Source: Vicugna vicugna
Taxonomy: Eukaryota
Assembly (NCBI GenBank): GCA_013265495.1
Contig: MU058103.1
Coordinates: 186,001 to 250,000 of the forward strand
Reading direction: 5' to 3'
Length of the DNA stretch: 64,000 nucleotides
A program made the translations under genes and the position numbers. A model generated the notes under the pieces. That model was not told the origin of the DNA. It saw nothing but the letters and a program-made list of their open reading frames with translations, and searched no databases. Positions 61,481-64,000 of the stretch are shown piece by piece (within the stretch, counting starts at the first letter, position 1; each line of letters starts with the position of its first letter).

Positions 61481-62467
61481 CAATATTGCCTAATAGAGAT
61501 GTATTAGATAGAAGTCAGCTATATATGTTATTTTAGTTTACTTTTTTAGCCACACCAATAAGGGTAAAATGAAACAGAAGGAACTAATGTTAATAATATA
61601 TTTCAATTCACTGTGTACAAAATATAATTTTGACATGAAATCAGTGTAAAATTATTGAGACATTTTACATTATTTTTTCTTACCACATCTTTCAAATCCA
61701 ATGAGTATTATATGCTTACAAAACATCTCAATTTGTATGCTAAATTTTCTTTGGGAATACTTGATCTGCATCCAAATTTCATAAAATTTACAATTAAAAC
61801 ATAGATTTGCATGTTCAAATTGTTCCAAGTATACGTAAAAGTTTTCTGATAACTTAATCAAGTGATTAAGTACAGGCCTACCTGGGAGAGATGGGTTGGA
61901 TTCCAGACCATGGCAGTAAAGCCAATAGTGCAATAAAGCAAATCACATAAATTATTTTAGTTTCCCAGGGTGTATACAAATTATGTTTTTTCTTTACTGT
62001 AGTCTATTAAGTGTGCAATAACATTATGTCTTAAAAAAAAACCCAAAGTACATACCTTAATTAAAAAATACTTTATTGCTAAAAATGCTAACCATCACCT
62101 GAGCCTTCAGGGAGTCATGGTAGTAACTTCAAAGACCCCACTGATTTCAGATCACAATACTAAGTATAATAATAGTGAAAGTTCTAAATATTGGAAGTGA
62201 GCAAATGCTGTTGGAAAAATGTCCCTGACAGCCTTGCCCCACATAGGGTTACTACAAACCTTCAATTTGTGAAAAACAGTATTATCTGGGAAGTGTAATA
62301 ATGCAAAGTGATATAAAACAAGGACTGTCTGTACCAATTTTTATATTTACTTTTCAGTTATTTAAAATTAATTTTGATTAAGTTAAAATTTTATTTTCTC
62401 AGTCTCGGCCACTTTTCAAGGTCTTGATAGCCACATGTGACTGACTGCTACCGTATCAGACTGCAAG
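61481..62467. mobile_element. Charlie1b/MER33-like hAT element interrupted by a Tigger1 derivative
   Basis: tagccacac...gtaaaatgaaacag...acatctcaattt...atacttgatctg...tttcataaaatttaca and terminal gccacttttcaag...atagccacatgtgac...gctaccgtat. Confidence 0.8.
61873..62331 (-). mobile_element. Internally deleted Tigger1 (TcMar) derivative with TA TSD
   Basis: ta|caggcctacct ... aggactgtctg|ta ends. Both Tigger1 terminal regions present (gtagtctattaagtgtgcaata; tgctgttggaaaaat...caaaccttcaatttgt), joined near 62118. Confidence 0.9.
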
Positions 62468-64000
62468 ATTGGGAGAGAAAGAGTGTGAATATGTGTGAAT
62501 TTTTTTTTCCTGAATTCATAGAGGGTGGAACATTCTGACAAAATATGTTTATCTTTTATACATTATAATGAGGAGGCCAATTTTCTTCTTTGGTAAAATG
62601 CCCAGTTAACATAATCATGACGATGAGTCAGCATTGAAAAAGTTGTTCATTATAAACCAAGACTGCTCTCCTTGAAAAGACTATTGCATACTGACTGATT
62701 CCAACAAGACTCCTAAGCATCCCACAGACTGGAGGAGCCTTGTTGGAGGTTGTGTTCCCTGAATCCTCTGTTGTCTGCTCAGCCACCACTGAGTGTCACT
62801 GTGGGCCGAGAAGCTAGTACAAAATCAACAACCAAGAGAACTGCCTGAAATGAGAAGAGAAGGGAATGAGAGTGAATGATGATATATTGAATTCTCCTGG
62901 ATTTCTTTGCTCTTCTTTTTATTTCTGACACTAGTACACTTCGAAATCCGTAACAAGTACATGAGGAAAATTTAATCAGAGCACAAAGCCACTAAGGAGC
63001 AGCCTGGTAGATAAATATCCCCTATCCTTGAGGAACCTGAAGTTGCCATAATAGTCAATGCAGAGTTGATTAATGTCATGGCAATAAGATTTACTCTTGT
63101 AAGGCTGTATCATCAACATCAAAAATAAGGCTTTGCCTTTGATGCCTTTTCTCCTACTAAATGGCTAATATTTTTGTATTCATTTGATATTGAAGCATGG
63201 GAGTTTTTATTTTTGTTTTTGTTGTCCTTTTTTAAATAGTAATGATTTCTAAATGGTTTTGAGACATTGCACATTAAAGGTCATACACATTTTAATTACA
63301 TGGTATAGAAGCTCAAGAAGTTGTTCTGTAGGTTCAAAGAAGAATGTATATATTTAATATAGGATAGTATATGAGAGCCCATTAAATATATTTCTGTACT
63401 TGTTGCTAGCTTTGGTGAATAGAAAAACAGATTTCAGAGTCAGCTGATATTAACAGAAACAGGCAAATATATACTAGTTTTAAAGAAGTAAGCATCTTCT
63501 AAGTTCAAATTTGTAAGTATTTTTTAATGTGTGGATTATATATTGGATACATCACCTTATAATAAAGAGTGTGCCTGATGGTGGCTTTAAGAAATATACA
63601 ATAATGGTCTTCCAATGACATTTTGTTTACAATAAACCAAAAGCATAAAATTAAAATGAAGGTCTGTGAAGCTACTTCTGTAGGCATTGAAACTGAAAGG
63701 ACCTAGACAGAAGGTTTTGTGTTTGTTTAGTTATTTTACTTTATCCAAGTTTTTAATATAACTTCTAGATATCTGTGAACTACATAATAATACATTTTTA
63801 ATTTATTGAATATATACATATATATTCTTTAACCCTTTCTTAAGTAATAGTTTCACAAAGATTGATCAAAGTAGAATAATTGAATAACATTTCTCTTTAT
63901 TTCCTTCAAATCTCAGGAATCTGAAAATCTCAAGGAGTGAGGAAGCTATCAGTTCAAAATAATCTGGCAGTAGTGAGAAAATTTGATGCTGGATCAGATA

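Noticed and set aside
62690..62880. Strong minus-strand splice acceptor at 62845-62875 and an 11-nt match to the U2 snRNA 5' end near 62804
   Set aside because: No convincing donor, stops in all frames, and opposite to the inferred transcription direction. The U2 match is too short and lacks a TSD.
1..64000. CRISPR array, rRNA, intact tRNA gene, NUMT, CpG-island promoter or processed protein pseudogene
   Set aside because: No regularly spaced repeats, CpG island or recognisable matches seen by eye. A diverged pseudogene or tiny exon could have been missed without a database search.

Overview
AT-rich, CpG-poor mammalian (eutherian) genomic DNA. It is most likely camelid, because it carries a short tRNA-Ala-derived SINE resembling Vic-1 plus Cetartiodactyla-style L1 3' ends. 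I found no intact protein-coding gene or recognisable coding exon: the ORF track is explained by decayed L1 ORF2 fragments, antisense repeat frames, microsatellites and chance. The window is a mosaic of interspersed repeats: one near-full-length decayed L1 (1135-7165), several truncated L1s, many MIR and L2 relics, hAT and Tigger DNA transposons, and eight LTR elements that all lie on the minus strand, which hints at an intron of a plus-strand gene. Best leads: a MER41-like solo LTR with a perfect TSD and an intact GAS/STAT1 site (30556-31150); a tailless tRNA-Arg(ACG) 5'-half retrocopy with a perfect 15-bp TSD inside L1 ORF1; two strong co-oriented CTCF motifs; a duplication-plus-foldback scar at 30344-30436; and several repeat-free, motif-dense candidate enhancers. 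Repeat family names come from recalled consensus sequences, not a database search, and boundaries of old repeats are approximate. I see no evidence of a new multi-gene system.
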